A stretch of 64,000 nucleotides of DNA from positions 10,850,001-10,914,000 of the forward strand of contig CATOCA020000001.1 in the NCBI GenBank assembly GCA_951406725.2, read 5' to 3'. The number at the start of each line of letters is the position of its first letter. Positions within the stretch are counted from its first letter, which is position 1. The stretch comes from Octopus vulgaris. Taxonomy: Eukaryota. A program made the position numbers and the translations under genes. The notes beneath the pieces were generated by a model. That model saw only the letters and a list, made by a program, of their open reading frames with translations, ran no database searches and had not been told where the DNA came from. Positions 12,866 to 27,300 of this stretch are shown piece by piece.

Positions 12866-15019
12866 AATACTTATATTATAAATTATAAAATGAATGTTCT
12901 TGATTAACGCTAAATATTTTTCTTGATCATTATCTGTTATAATTTATGTCCCTCCGCTCAATGATCAACCACTTCATATCACCTTTGATACACAATTTCT
13001 GCACCACATTTTTCTGTTTCAGCCGGTGTTTTAGTTGTAAACCAAACTGAGCAGTCACACTACATACGACCTTTTACATGATTTTCTTTTGTATCAACGC
13101 TAAGGTATAATATATACTTTTATGTGGCTTTGGGGAGTGGCATGAACGGATTTCTTCTATTTGTATGTATTTCAATTACTCGTGTAACGAACAATTCCTT
13201 TAACGAAACATGGCTCGGAAAGGATTATGTGTATATATAGAGATGCCACTGGTTTGAGAAGTTTTGAGTCGAACTAATTGACCTCTGTACTTAATTTTTT
13301 AAGCCTTGTACTTATTTTATTGGAGTATATTGGTGAACCGCTAAGTTACCGGAACGTAAACACACCAACACAGGTCGTCAAGCGGTGGGACAAACACGAC
13401 ACAAGAGACACACGCACACACTGATACATACAGACAGACATATATAGGCATAGGAGTGTCCGTAGAGTAAGAAACACATGGTTCCGGTTCAGTCCCATTG
13501 CAGACACCTTGGCTGAGTGTCTTCTACTATAGCCTAGGGCCGACCAAAGCCTTTTGAGTGGATTTCATAGATGGAAACTCAAATAAGCCCGTCCTATGTG
13601 TGTGTGTGTATTTGTGTGTCTATATTTGTCCCTCCACCATCCCTTGACAACCGATGTTGGTGTGCTTACGTCCCTGTAACCTAGCGGTTCTGGAAAAGAA
13701 ACTGATAGAATAAGTAATAGGCTTACAAAGATTAAGTCCTAGGGTCGATTTGTTCGACTAAAGGCGGAGCTCCAACATGGCCGCAGTCAAATGACTGAAA
13801 CAAGTAAAAGAATAGTCACGACGGGCTTCTTTCCGTTTCCATCTACCAAATCCACTCTGAGGATTTTGAGAGTCCAATGGCTACGGTAGAAGACATGTGC
13901 GTAGTGTGCCACGCAGTGGAACTGAACCCGAAACCAGATTTGGAAGCAAGCGTCTTACCACACAGCCGCGCCTAAACATGCCCCCCTACACAGATTCAAT
14001 CCAAGGAAACACGCATAAAGATGAAACACTCTCAAGCCGTTCACTTTATAATTTGTTAAAACCATTAACATGGTGTCCATTAGTGAGTGATGCTGTGTTT
14101 TGTTTTATTTCTCCTACACATTGATTTCAAATTTTGGCACAACACCAGCAATTTCGGGGAGGAGTAAGTTGATTACATCGACCCCAGTACATAACTGATA
14201 TTGATTTCATCGACCCCGAAAGGATAAAAGGCAAAGACAACCTCGGCGGAATATTTCTACTTAATATTTAATATTATTACGTTCATGCATTTTTGAAATT
14301 GGGTGTTAAAACAGAAATTCTTCTATTTGGAGATGGTCGTCTGTTGCCAATGAAACACGCGCAATATATATTTGATATTCACTTTATTGTTGTTGTTGTT
14401 GGTACGCCGGGCGAAACGTTTAGAAGTATTTCGTCTGCGGTTACGTTCTGAGTTCAAATTCCACCGAGTCCAAATTCCACCGAGGTCGATATTGCCTTTC
14501 ATCCTTTTGTAGTCGATTAAATAAGTACCAGTTACGCACTGGAGGCGATATAATCGACTTAATCAGCGTGTCTGTCCTTGTTTGTCCTCTCTGTGTTTAG
14601 CCCCTTGTGGGTAGTAAAGAGATAAGTATTTCGTCTCTCACTACATTCTGAGTTCAAATTCCGCTTAGATCGACTTTGCCCATCATCCTTTCGGGAACGA
14701 TAAATTAAGTACCAGTTACACACTGGGATCGATGTAATGGACTTGTCCTTGTGCTTCCAGTAGACAGGATAATTATTATTAATTATTATTATTTGAGGTT
14801 TAGCTGGCAGAATCGTTAGCACGCCGGGCAAAATGCTTGGTAGTATTTCATCCATCATTAGTTTCTGAGTTCAAATCCCCCGAGGTCAACTTCACATTTC
14901 AACATTTCGAGGTCTATAAATTAAATACCAGTTGAGTACTAGGGGCTATGTAATCGACTAACTCCCCCCATCCAAGAATATGTCAGGCTTTGTGCTTATA
15001 GTAGGAACGACTATTATTA

Positions 15020-15077
<58 letters not shown>

Positions 15078-15381
15078 CATTATTATTATTATTACTATTA
15101 GTATAAATTCTTTCGTCTCACATACTGTGATCTCCTCACCGACTCTCTGCTACGCCTTTTTCTTCTTATCCTGCTTATTCTGTATTAAAATTTATATTAA
15201 ATGTCTACTTTTCTACTGTTTGTCAAGTGGTTTGTTTATCAAATAATTTATACTCGGAACAATTGTACAAACGGAATTTCCCACTTGGTGCAGCTATATA
15301 TTTTAGTAATTGTTTGAATGAATACACGCACATACACAACTCACTTATATGTTTGTGTGTGTGTGTGTGTATATATATATG

Positions 15382-15446
<65 letters not shown>

Positions 15447-15524
15447 ATATATATATAAGCATAGTAGAAATATGTTAAAGAAAGAAAATATAAAATACAC
15501 GTGGAAATGTAAGGATAAAAGATG

Positions 15525-15601
<77 letters not shown>

Positions 15602-15719
15602 CTTTTAGTGGGGGGCAACCAGATCGAACCTTCCCAAGTGTTACTGCCCGAGATGGTCGTGACTTGTGGGACTTGACTGAGGAAAGAGAGCGTTATTTTT
15701 TTTACCATTTATATAAGTA

Positions 15720-15789
<70 letters not shown>

Positions 15790-15971
15790 TATGTGTGTGT
15801 GTGTGTGTGTTTCAATCTATGTATTGAAGTTTCTGTTTGTTTATCTGTCTAATTATTTTTCGAATTGTCTCTCTCTCTCTCTTTCTCTCTTTCTTTCTTT
15901 TTTCTTTCCCTCTCTCTCTGTTCCACACTTTCATTTTCTCTCTCTTTTTCTCTCTTTCTGACTTTCTCTCT

Positions 15972-16007
<36 letters not shown>

Positions 16008-16152
16008 AATGCTATTTTTAGTGTGCTGGTGCTGCTTGTAGGAACTTTAATCATTAATTAATGATGCCTTACCTTATGGCATTTTTTTACGCATGCTTGA
16101 CACTTGATAATATTGTAAGCAATAATATCCTTATATATACATATATATATAC

Positions 16153-16202
<50 letters not shown>

Positions 16203-19200
16203 TTATACACAGGTATGTATGATTGTGTATAGGAGAATATATTACTGAAAGAAATTCCAACTTTGATTTTCATGATTTATTTACAATCCTATAATAATAT
16301 ATGATAAGATAAGATAACATAATGAAGCGATAGAATATCAAATATCCACTCTGATTGAACTAGTACTTTCATGCATTCTTCAAGTTGTATAAAAATAGTT
16401 ATTGTCTGCATCATTCCAAAGAGAAATAAAGTCTCCATAAAGTGTAAAAGTTAGAAATAATTTGTATGGTGTTAGTAACAAAATATTTTGTTAGAAATAG
16501 GATTATTATCATCGGTCTTAAATTTAATCTCGCCAGTGTAGATATGTGTGTGTATAAATATCAATTTTAAATATTTACAGGAAAGTAGCAAAAATTGATT
16601 TACATTTACAATGCCGGTTTCAAATATGACTTCAGTATTAATTTTTTACAGAAATTAGAAAAGGTTTATCCACTTATCTGAATATTCTATTACCTCATGA
16701 AAGTTTATTGTCTCATTTTGCGGCTTGTATCGGATAAGAATACTGACCGAAGTACACATTTTTTATAACCCGTTATGTGTTTTTTTAACGGCAGTGTCAG
16801 TATTTTCTGTCGATGTATGTTATTCGCTGTACTTTAATATCCGGAAAATAAATCCATTTTTAAGAAATTCACCATTTCTACACGACGCAAAGTAATATAA
16901 GATGAGGTGATTTGCTTAAGAACGCAATACAATTCCCTTTACGGGAATTGAAACCGCGATCTCGCTATCGCGAATGTAACACCGTTAACAGCGTGGTCAT
17001 TCGCCTTGGACACCAATTATATTAGTTAACATGTTATATGACATAGGTGGGACAGCATCCCAGAATCCTTCTTATCTACTAGGCGTTTTCCCGAAGCAAC
17101 ACCCACTGAATTTACATGGATCCCGAGAAAGATCTGAGCGTTACTCCTAAGTGATGTCTCTTGTCAGCTAACGATATGGCGTTGTATCATGTAATGATAG
17201 AAAGTCTGACGCAGAAAATTGCGTTGTTTGATGTGGTGATACAGTCTGAGAACGAGGCCAATTTTAGGTACATATCTTTGTTTGTTTTTTTGTGTTTTAC
17301 TTAGGGTGTTGTTGTCGACGTTGTTGTTTGCCCTGACTGATCGTAATTTTGCACAAAGGCATTCCAATTATACCCTACTAATTATTTTTATTCAAACATT
17401 AGCAACCATGTCCTCCATTGTCTAAAATAAGAGTGTGTGATTGGAAAGAGATTTCGCAGGTATCTCCAGGTGTTTGATGGAAAACATTGTAAACATATCT
17501 GCGTCACAAGCCAATGTTTCCTGATTGAGTAAAGCTATGGTCAGAGGACATCCAGTCGTCATCTTCACAACCATTTAGTTATATAGCATTGTCTCCGGTC
17601 TCTAGGTGAGCAGGATTTTCCATGAATTCAACTGCTTCAGCACACATGCAACCAAAAACCCATAGGACACTTGTGTGTAGACCACTAAATACATGCTTCC
17701 ACCACCTCAGATCTGAATGCTTCGCCATCTTCCCATCCCCGCAGGACTTTCGAATGAAAAAATAAGTTGTACAGTTAAAAAGTATAGAGCTTAAATTAAA
17801 AAGATAATATTAAACAAGAATATCCAAGCAAAATAGTCGGCAATGCCTGTACACAATGCCTGTACACAAATTTACAAATTGCTTTGCAGCGCTTCTGTCG
17901 GCTATTCGCGTTCTGAGTTCCTTTCCCGCCGAAGTCCCCTTTGCATTTCATTTCTCAGAGGAGCTGAAGTCCAATTAGTCGACTGACCACTTCCCCCACA
18001 AAACAACAACCACTGGCATTCTACCTAAGCCAGAGTAAACATTATATGAGCGGCAATCTAGGATTTCAGGACAAAGAATTGCTACGCGGTGTTATATGTA
18101 ATCATGTCTGGTTATATAAAAATGCATCGGGATATATATACATACACAAACACGAACAAATATATGTGCGTGTATGTGTGTGTGTGTAAGTGTACCTGTG
18201 TGTGTATGTGAATGTGAATGTGTGCAAATATGTACGTTTGTGTGTATATATATATATATATATATATAGGCGTAAAGCCCTGTGAGTGATTTGGTAGACA
18301 GAAACTTAAAGAAGCCCGTCGTATATATGTATATATATGTGCGTGTGTGTGTCTATATGTTTCTATGTGTTATTTTATTGGTCACTTTTGCCGATCCGCT
18401 ATGTTAAGGGGGGGGTGTTATGGTTGCTTGGAACCAAATGCTCACCGACAAATTATCGTCAGAAATTAAATAAGTTTTCTCCACTTATCTGAATATTCTA
18501 TGGCCTCATATAAGTTTTTGATCGATTATTGGGATGGCGATATCTCATTTCTCTAGTTACTAAAATGCAAACCCGACGAATTTCCCTCCTTTCCCAGAAT
18601 ATATTTCAGTTGGTTGTAAATTATGCTTGTTGTTCACTGATGACAAGGCTATGATCAGAGGCGTTTCGGTCATGATCATCCCGTCGATTTACTTACTTCA
18701 CAATATGTGTTGTGTTCTTTCCTTGGTTAAATCGGTAGGGTGTGAGACAATTGAATATCATTGTCTCAAATGCTTACGATAGGGCTGATAGCGCAAATGT
18801 TCAAGTAATGGACATTCACTAGTCCTGAAACCTACACCGACAATCATTATTCTAATACATCACATGATGTGGATGTTAATTTTTATAGATCTTTCCGAAA
18901 TATAAGTCCGACCTTACTATCAAGATGAAGCATCAATTTATTAAATGACATCTAGGATTGAATTATTCTGCTACTAGCAGAAGAATGAAAGTGATATTCT
19001 ACGTGGTTTACTCTGCATGTGTGTTTAGTATATTGTAACCTTCATGTACATGGGTTATCTCAAGTAAAACATAGCCTCGAATGTTTAGGGACGTCCAGTT
19101 CACCCTGTGTAACTTGCCACAGGAGTCACACAGCAGATGCAGGTACTAGAGGTTAAAGACTGTACTAATTCCCTAAGTTGTTCACTTGAGCATCCGCATA

Positions 19201-19257
19201 CCAATTTATTATTATTCGATATACACAAAAAACTTTAGATTGTCTGAGTACGTTCGC

Positions 19258-19314
<57 letters not shown>

Positions 19315-20589
19315 TGTATATATATATATTAATGTATATGTGGGCGTCTATGTGCATCTGTGTGTGTGAGTACATGCACAAGTGTTCGGCTTTTAACATA
19401 CACACACAGACACACACACATGCACATACACACACACGCACACGATCACACATATTTGTATATATATATATATAAAAATATTCATACGCATTCAGAGATC
19501 TACACACACATATAAATAGTGTATTCTCTTCTTTAATTCTTTTACTTGTTTAAGTCATTTGACTGCGGCCTTGCTGGAGTACCACCTGAAAAGCCTTTAA
19601 GCCGAAGAGCCGAAGAAATTTACAGTTGGGCTTAGTTTTTGTAAGCCTGGTACATATTTTTTTGAACGCTTTTGCCGAACAACTATGTTAAGGCGGGAGT
19701 AAAAGAACTGCTCTCAAGCTGTGAACGGGTAGCAAACATAGTCACACAGACACACACGCACACAGGTAAACACACACACACACACGCTCTCACACACACA
19801 CGCGCGCGCGCGCACCACACATACACTCACAGACACACTCACACACACATATGTATATATATATATATATATAACGGATTTCCTTCGGGTCCGTCTACTA
19901 AACCCACTCACAAGTCGAGGTTATAGTAGAAGACACTTTCCCAGGTTGCCAAGCAGGGAAACGAAACCTGGACCTATGTGCTTGCGGAGCAAGCTTCTTG
20001 CCACATAGCCACGCCTATGCATGTGTGTTTATGTAGACGTCTATAAACAGGATGAAGAGGACAATCAAATGTTTAACTAATATTTCTTACGTGCGTGTAA
20101 CAACGTTATGGTTGCTTGGAACCAAATGCTCACCGACAAATGACTGTCAGGAACAACGTTATTCTATTAAGTTGCATAGTTATAGAAAGATAGAGAGAGA
20201 TGGAAAAATAAATCATATATATGTGTGTGTATATATAAATGTTAAATCTTAAAAGAAAAATAACAAAACTCGATTTATCTATTCGCATTCTGATTTCCTT
20301 TCCTGTCGAACTACCCTTTGCCTTTCATTTCTCAGAGGTGCTGAAGTCCAATTAGTCGACTGTCCAATTCCCCCACAAAACACAACCACTGGCAATCTAC
20401 CTAACCCAGAAACCACTTTATAGGCGGCAATCTAGGACTTTAGGACGAAGAATTTCTACGCGGGGTCATACGTAATCATGTATGGTTATATAAAGATGCA
20501 TGAGGATATATATACATAAACAAACACGCACAAATATGTGTGTGTGTATGAATGTGTGCGCATATGAGTGTGTGTATGTATTTTCGTTT

Positions 20590-20619
20590 GTATATATATA
20601 TATATATAAATATATATGT

Positions 20620-20703
<84 letters not shown>

Positions 20704-20713
20704 ATATATATAT

Positions 20714-20783
<70 letters not shown>

Positions 20784-20810
20784 ATATAATATATATATTT
20801 ATATATATAA

Positions 20811-20863
<53 letters not shown>
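20590..20863. repeat. Long imperfect (TA)n tract
   Basis: Direct reading; the paralogous tract at ~30802-30850 is much shorter. Confidence 0.95.
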
Positions 20864-20867
<4 letters not shown>

Positions 20868-20933
20868 TGTATATGTGAGCGTGTGTCTACATGTGTTTTG
20901 GAAATCATGCACATGTGTACGAGGCAAAACACT

Positions 20934-20965
<32 letters not shown>

Positions 20966-22691
20966 GGTATATAAGTACATATTTATATATTCATACGCAT
21001 TTATATATATACACACACGCATGCGCACACACACATATAAAGGTGTATTCTTATTCTTTAAATTCCTTTACGTGTTAAAGTCATTTGCCCAAGGTCATGC
21101 TGGAGCACCATATCAAAAGCCTTTAAGCCCAATAAATTGACATCAGAGCTTATTCTTTGTAAGCCAAGTACTTATTTTATTGGCCGCTTTTGCCGAACCG
21201 CAATGTTAAGGAGGGGCCTTAAAAAACTTGCTGTCAAGATATGAATGGGTAACAAACATAGTCGCAAAGACAGAAACACACATACACAAACAAACAAACT
21301 CACACACACACACACAAACACATATATGCTTCAATATATATAGATACATATAGAACGCACTTCTTTCGGTTTCCGTCTACCAAATCCACTCGTAAGGCTT
21401 TGGTCGGTCTGAGGTTATAGTAGAAGACACTTTCCCAAATTGCCATGCAGTGAAACTGAACCTGGAACTATCTGCTTGTGAAGCATGTTTCTTACCACAC
21501 AGCCACGCCTATGCATATGTGTTTATGTAGAAGTCTATATATAGGATGAACAGGACAAAGAAATGTTTGAATAATAATTCTGAAGTGCATGTAACAACGT
21601 TATGGTTGCTTGGAACCAAAATCTCACCGACAAATGATCGTCAGGAACAACTTAATTGTATTAATTTGCATAGTTATAGAAATATATAGAGAGAGGGGAA
21701 AATAAATCATATATACATGTGTGTGTAGATACAAATGTTAAATCTTAAAAGAAAAGTAACAAAAATTGATTTACCTTTATAGAGCCGGCCCCAAATATGA
21801 CTTCGGTTTGAATTTTTGACAGAAATTAAATGTTTTATCCACTTATCGGAATATTCTATTGCCTCATATAAGTTTTTTGTCTCAACCTTCCAGGTGCTAT
21901 CCGAAAAGCATACTGAATGAAATACCCTGTTGTAATAATTCTCTAATTATTTTTAAAACGAGAGTGGCAGTATTTTTTCTTGATGTATGTGATTGGCTGA
22001 AATTCTTTAATATCCGGAAAATAAATCCATTTTCCAGCTAGTCACCATTCCTACACGTCGAGTGTTGAAATGGTCGCTGTGCAACATAAGATGAATTGTT
22101 CTGCGCACAAAACATCACTCGTCCCAGGATCTGAAATCACGACCTTAATCACGATTTCATGTCCTCGACTTCTATTATATTACCAAAACTTTATTTTTCA
22201 TATGTCCTGACAACACCCACAGAATATTCTTATCTACTTGTCGCTTTTCTAAAACAAACGCCATTGTTTTTACCGATTATTGGGATGGCGATATCTGCTC
22301 AAAAATATGACCTCATCGCTCTAGTTACTAAAATGGAAACCCGGCCAATTTTCCTCGTTTCGCAGAATATATTTCAGTTATTTGTAAAGAATGCTTGTTG
22401 TTCAATGATGACAAGACTATGATCAGAGGCGTTTCGGTCATGATCATCCCGTCGATTTACTTACATCGCAATGTGTGTTGTGTTCTTTCCGTGGTTAAGA
22501 CGGTAGGGTGTGAGACAATGGAATATCATTGACTCAAATGCTTACGATAGGGCTGATAGCGCAAACGTTCAAGTAATGGACAATCATTAGTCCTGAAACC
22601 TACACCTGCAATCATTATTGTAATACATCACATGATGTGGATGTTAATTTTCATAGATCTCTCCGAAATATAAGTCCGACCTTACAATTAA

Positions 22692-23870
22692 TTTTTGCTT
22701 AGAAACTCTGTCTCCCTTTTCAGCTTCCTTTCAGCAACCATAACCATGTCTCAATATTACTATTTCCTGCAACTATCTTTCCCAATCGACATTGCCATAC
22801 ATTCTCTTGTCAGTTAGATTATCTTCCTACTTTTTTTATTTTTTTTAATTTCATTTGGCTTTTTCCTTTCCTATCTCCTACTATAACTCAGGCAAATCAT
22901 AAATTTTATTCATTATTATATATATCAACTCTAGCTAACTCTACCCTACTTTCTGCTGATATTAAACCGCTTCCACCTTCGTTATTCTAAGTAAGTGCAA
23001 TCTTGCTCTTCCTAATCGAGGCTGAAGTCCTCTATTCATATTGAATTCCTTCCTAGTTCTTCTGTCTACATTTGCTAATTCAGATCTTTTCCAATCAACA
23101 AATTCTGCTGAATACCGAAGTAACGACACTTCCCAAAGTTTTTACAACCTTTACTAGATTTAGAACCCTTCGCTTTCCCTTCATTAGCTTCTTCAACCTT
23201 CCGATGTACTCCTTAGCTATTTTTGTTTTCATTTCCATTGTTAGTACACTCTCAGATTCTAATACTCCGAAGCACTTATGATTCTCTGCCTTCAGTGATA
23301 TTACTTTCTTGCTATCTGGCCTTCACTGCTGACTACCTGTCCCCTTTTTATGATTTATGATGCGCACATATCTATGCCAAATTCCATGCCTATATCTTTT
23401 CTTAAGCGCCTTACAATTCCTATTAAGGAACCAAAAAGCTTCTAATCGTCCATCTTGAGCAAATGATTAATATTTCTTTTAACATCTCTAAACTGATAAA
23501 GCATAACACAAATATTAATGGAGATAACGGGTCTCCCTGGAGAATTCCTCACCTGATATTAACTTTTCCTAAGACAGTGTCACCTGAGTAGAGATATAAT
23601 TTCCAATTCTTTGCACTATAGCTGTAACTAATTAAGTCTCTTGTGTTGTCTGCAACACTGAATATACTCAAATATTCACTTATCCGTGAGTGTTGAATCA
23701 TGCCATATGATTTTTATACTGTTGAAGTTTGCATTCTTTATTTTAGAACTGCTTTCTCTGTGTGTAATAGATCGTGCGTTCCTCTAGCCTTCTTTCTGCA
23801 AACATTTCAGTTCTTCTGGTAGCAAATTCTGGTTGTCAAGTTGCTTCTAAATGTTTTCTGTGTGAATTCA
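22692..23870 (-). mobile_element. Decayed R4/Dong-like RT domain (array copy 3, long form)
   Basis: Minus strand reads CRKKARGTHDLL, GKVNIR*GILQGDPLSPLIFVLCL (~23510-23570), NHLLKMDD*KLFG (~23430-23470) and LLRYSAEF..WKRSELAN.DRRTRKEF. Multiple stops and frameshifts. Confidence 0.85.
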
Positions 23871-23989
23871 TGTTAAAAGTCTCTACTTTGATAATTTGCC
23901 TGGTTTTTGTCTATTTTGGCTTTTATGTAGTTATGTAGTTAGTTATGAATGCCTGATCGTGTGCAGTTGCTTACAAAAACTATCTCGTT

Positions 23990-24380
23990 TTCATTTTCGT
24001 TTCTGATACCATATTAGTCTGTAAGTGTAACTTGGCTTTTCTTTCTGTACCTTTCTGTTCCACTGGTGCTTTGTAATTTATTTCCAGGAAATCATACACC
24101 TAATTAAATATTATTCCTGTCATCAGCTTCCACATGAGGGGCAGACAGGTGATAGGCCGGTGATAATCCACTGCATTGCTTTGTTGGGATTATTTTGGCA
24201 AAGAATTGTTTTACTTGTGGCCAGCCTCTTTGGGATTTGTACACTGTTGTTGATCATTTTATATATTTGCTTGGCTATTCTTCTGTGTAGTGCTGGGGAA
24301 ATTTTCAGCCAATATCCTTGTACCCCATCCGGTCCTGGGTATTTCCAGTTTGGCGATTTAATCACTCTGGCCCACATTGG
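23990..24380 (-). mobile_element. R4/Dong-like RT N-terminal fragment (copy 3)
   Basis: ORF 24123..24377 reads NWKYPGPDGVQGYWLK. After a frameshift it continues NAVDYHRPITCLPLMWKLMTGII...EQKG. Confidence 0.85.
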
Positions 24381-27300
24381 TAGTCAAATATACAATGAGG
24401 CGACAGGCGTTTATACATCTGCTTTTACTCGTCCTTAATTACTAAATAATCCTCTCCTCTCAATTTACCCTCTCTCTCTCTCTCTCTCTCTCTCCCTCTC
24501 CTCACTTAATTTAATTTAACTCTCTATACTTATATACGATGACAGTGCGAGAATCCGTGTCTGTACAAACAGACATTTTCTGTCCATCTCTAAACTCTAT
24601 TCAAAGATGCAACTGATAACTTCTATTATCCTTTGCCAGGGACTTTCCTAGAAACTTTACGAACTCTCCGATCACGAAAATACCCAACACATTTATCTGA
24701 GAACTCCATGGTTTCCCAAAAGACTGGTAACGAATAATATCCTCGATAAAGGATATTATGCATTTCTGCATTTTCTTCTTCTTCTTTCTCCAATAACGGT
24801 ATAATTTGCTCAGATGGAATTCTATACTCAATAACATGCTTAGCTATTCTAGAAACCTCTATAAAAGACTTTGTGCATATTTGTAACCACTCTGCACAGT
24901 TCTTTTATTTCTTTCAGCCATTTTACTGCGTCCATGCTGGAGCAATACGTTTTTAATCGAACTTATTATTTGTAAGCCTTGCACTTATTATATGAGTCTC
25001 CTTTGCTGAACCACTAAATTACATGGACGTAAACTCACCAACATCGGTTGTCAAGCGATGGTGGGGGACAAACAGAGACACACAAACTCACACACACGAA
25101 GATGATGGGCTTCTTTCAGTTTCCGTCTTCCAGATCCATTAACAAGGCTTTGGTCGGCCCGAGGCTATAGTAGAACGCATTATTGCAAGGTGCCACGCAG
25201 TGGGACTGAACCCCAAACAATGTGGTTGGTAAGCACGCCTATTACTACACAGCCACTCCTGCGCCAATACTTATATTATAAATTATAAAATGAATGTTCT
25301 TGAATAAGGCTAAATGTTTTTCTTGCTCCTAATCTGTTATAATTTATGTCCCTCCGCTCAATGATCAACCACACCTTAAAACCGTTGATACCCAATTTGT
25401 GCACCACATTTTTCTGTTCAAGCCGGTGTTTTAGTGGTAAACCAAACTGAGCAGTCACACTACATTCGACCTTTTACATGATTTTCTATTGTATCAACGC
25501 TAAGGTATAATATATACTTTTATGTGGCTTTGGGGAGTGGCATGAACGGATTTCTTTTATTTGTAAGTATTTCAATTACTCGTGTAACGAACAATTCCTT
25601 TAACGAACATGGCTTGGAAAGGATTATGTGTATATATAGAGATGCCACTGGTTTGAGAAGTTTTGAGTCGAACTAATTGACCTCTGTGCTTAATTTTTTA
25701 AGCCTTGTACTTATTTTATTGGAGTATTTTGGTGAATCGCTAAGTTACCGGAACGTAAACAAACCAACACAGGTCGTCAAGCGGTGGGACAAACACTGAC
25801 ACAATGACACACACACACACACTGATATTTACAGACAGACTTATATAGGCATAGGAGTGGCCGTAGAGTATGAAACACATGGTTCCGGGTTAAGTCCCGT
25901 TGCGAGACACCTTGGCTGAGTGTCTTCTACTATAGTCAAGGGCCGACCAAAGCCTTTTGAGTGGATTTCATAGATGGAAACAGAAATAAGCCCGTCGTAT
26001 GTGTGTGTGTGTGTATTCGTGTGTCTATATTTGTCCGTCCACCATCCCTTGATAACCGATGTTGGTGTGTTTACTTCCCTTTAACCTAGCGGTTCTGGAA
26101 AAAACTGATAGAATAAGTACTAGGATTACAAAGATTAATCATAGGGTCGATTTGTTCGACTAAAGGCGTAGCTCCAACATGGCCGCAGTCAAATGACTGA
26201 AACAAGTAAAAGAATAGTCTCAATGGGCTTCTTTCCGTTTCCATCTACCAAATCCACTCCTGAAGATTTTGAGAGTCCAATGGCTACAGTAGAAAACATA
26301 TGAGTAGTGGAACTGAACCCGAAACCAGATTTGGAAGCAAGCGTCTTACCATACAGCCGCGCCTAAACATGCCCCCCTACACAGACTCAATCCAAGGAAA
26401 CACGCATAAAGATGAAACACTCTCCAAGCCGTTCACTTTATAATTTGTTTAAACGATTAACATGGTGTCCATTAGTGAGTAATGCTGTGTTTTGATTTAT
26501 TTCTCCTACACATTCATTTCAAATTTTTGCACAACACCAGCAATTTCGGGGGAGAGAGTAAGTTGATTACATCGACCCCAGTACTTAACTGATAATGATT
26601 TCATCCACCCCGAAAGGATAAAAGGCAAAGACAACCTCGGCGGAATATTTCTACTTAAAATTTAATATTATTACGTTCATGCATAAAACATATGTAGGTG
26701 GGACAGCATCCCAGAAATCCTTCTTTTCTACTAGGCGTTTTCCAAAGCAACACCCACTGAATTTTTTTATGGATCCCGAAAAAGATATGAGCGTTACTCC
26801 TAAGAGATGTCTCTTGTCAGCTAACGATATGGCGTTGTATCATGTAATGATAGAAAGTCTGACGCAGAAAATTGCGGAGTTTGGTGTGGGTATACAAAGT
26901 CTGAGAACGAGGCCAATTTTAGGTACATATCTTTGTTTGTTTGTTTTTTTGTGTTTTACTTAGGGTGTTGTGGTCGACGTTGTTGTTTGCCCAGATCGAA
27001 GTTTTGCACAAAGTCATTCAAACTATCGCCATCTAATTCTATTGCCTCATATAAGTGTTTTGTCTCACGTTCCAGCTGCTATCCGAAAAGTATACTGAAT
27101 GAAATACACTGTTGAAATAATTCTCTATTTTTTTTAAACCGTGAGTTGCAGTATTTTCCCTTGATGTATGTGATTGGCTGCAATTCTTTAATATCCAAAA
27201 AATAAATCCATTTTCCAGCTATTAACCGTTCCTACACGTCAAGTGTTGAAATGGGCGCTGTGCAACATAAGATGAAGTGTCTTGCGCGCAATACACCTTT

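Noticed and set aside
18637-18680. CTGATGA near CGAAAC as a hammerhead ribozyme
   Set aside because: The two core halves are on opposite strands (ctgatga on +, cgaaac on -), and CTGATGA is not kept in several copies.
18985-19150. Signal-peptide-like MKVIFYVVYSACVFSIL plus a 54-nt AG/GT-bounded segment (CxxC in one frame) as a small secreted-peptide gene
   Set aside because: It needs a 54-nt intron with a weak pyrimidine tract, has in-frame stops, and has indels in copy 1 (~400-440). No recognisable homology.
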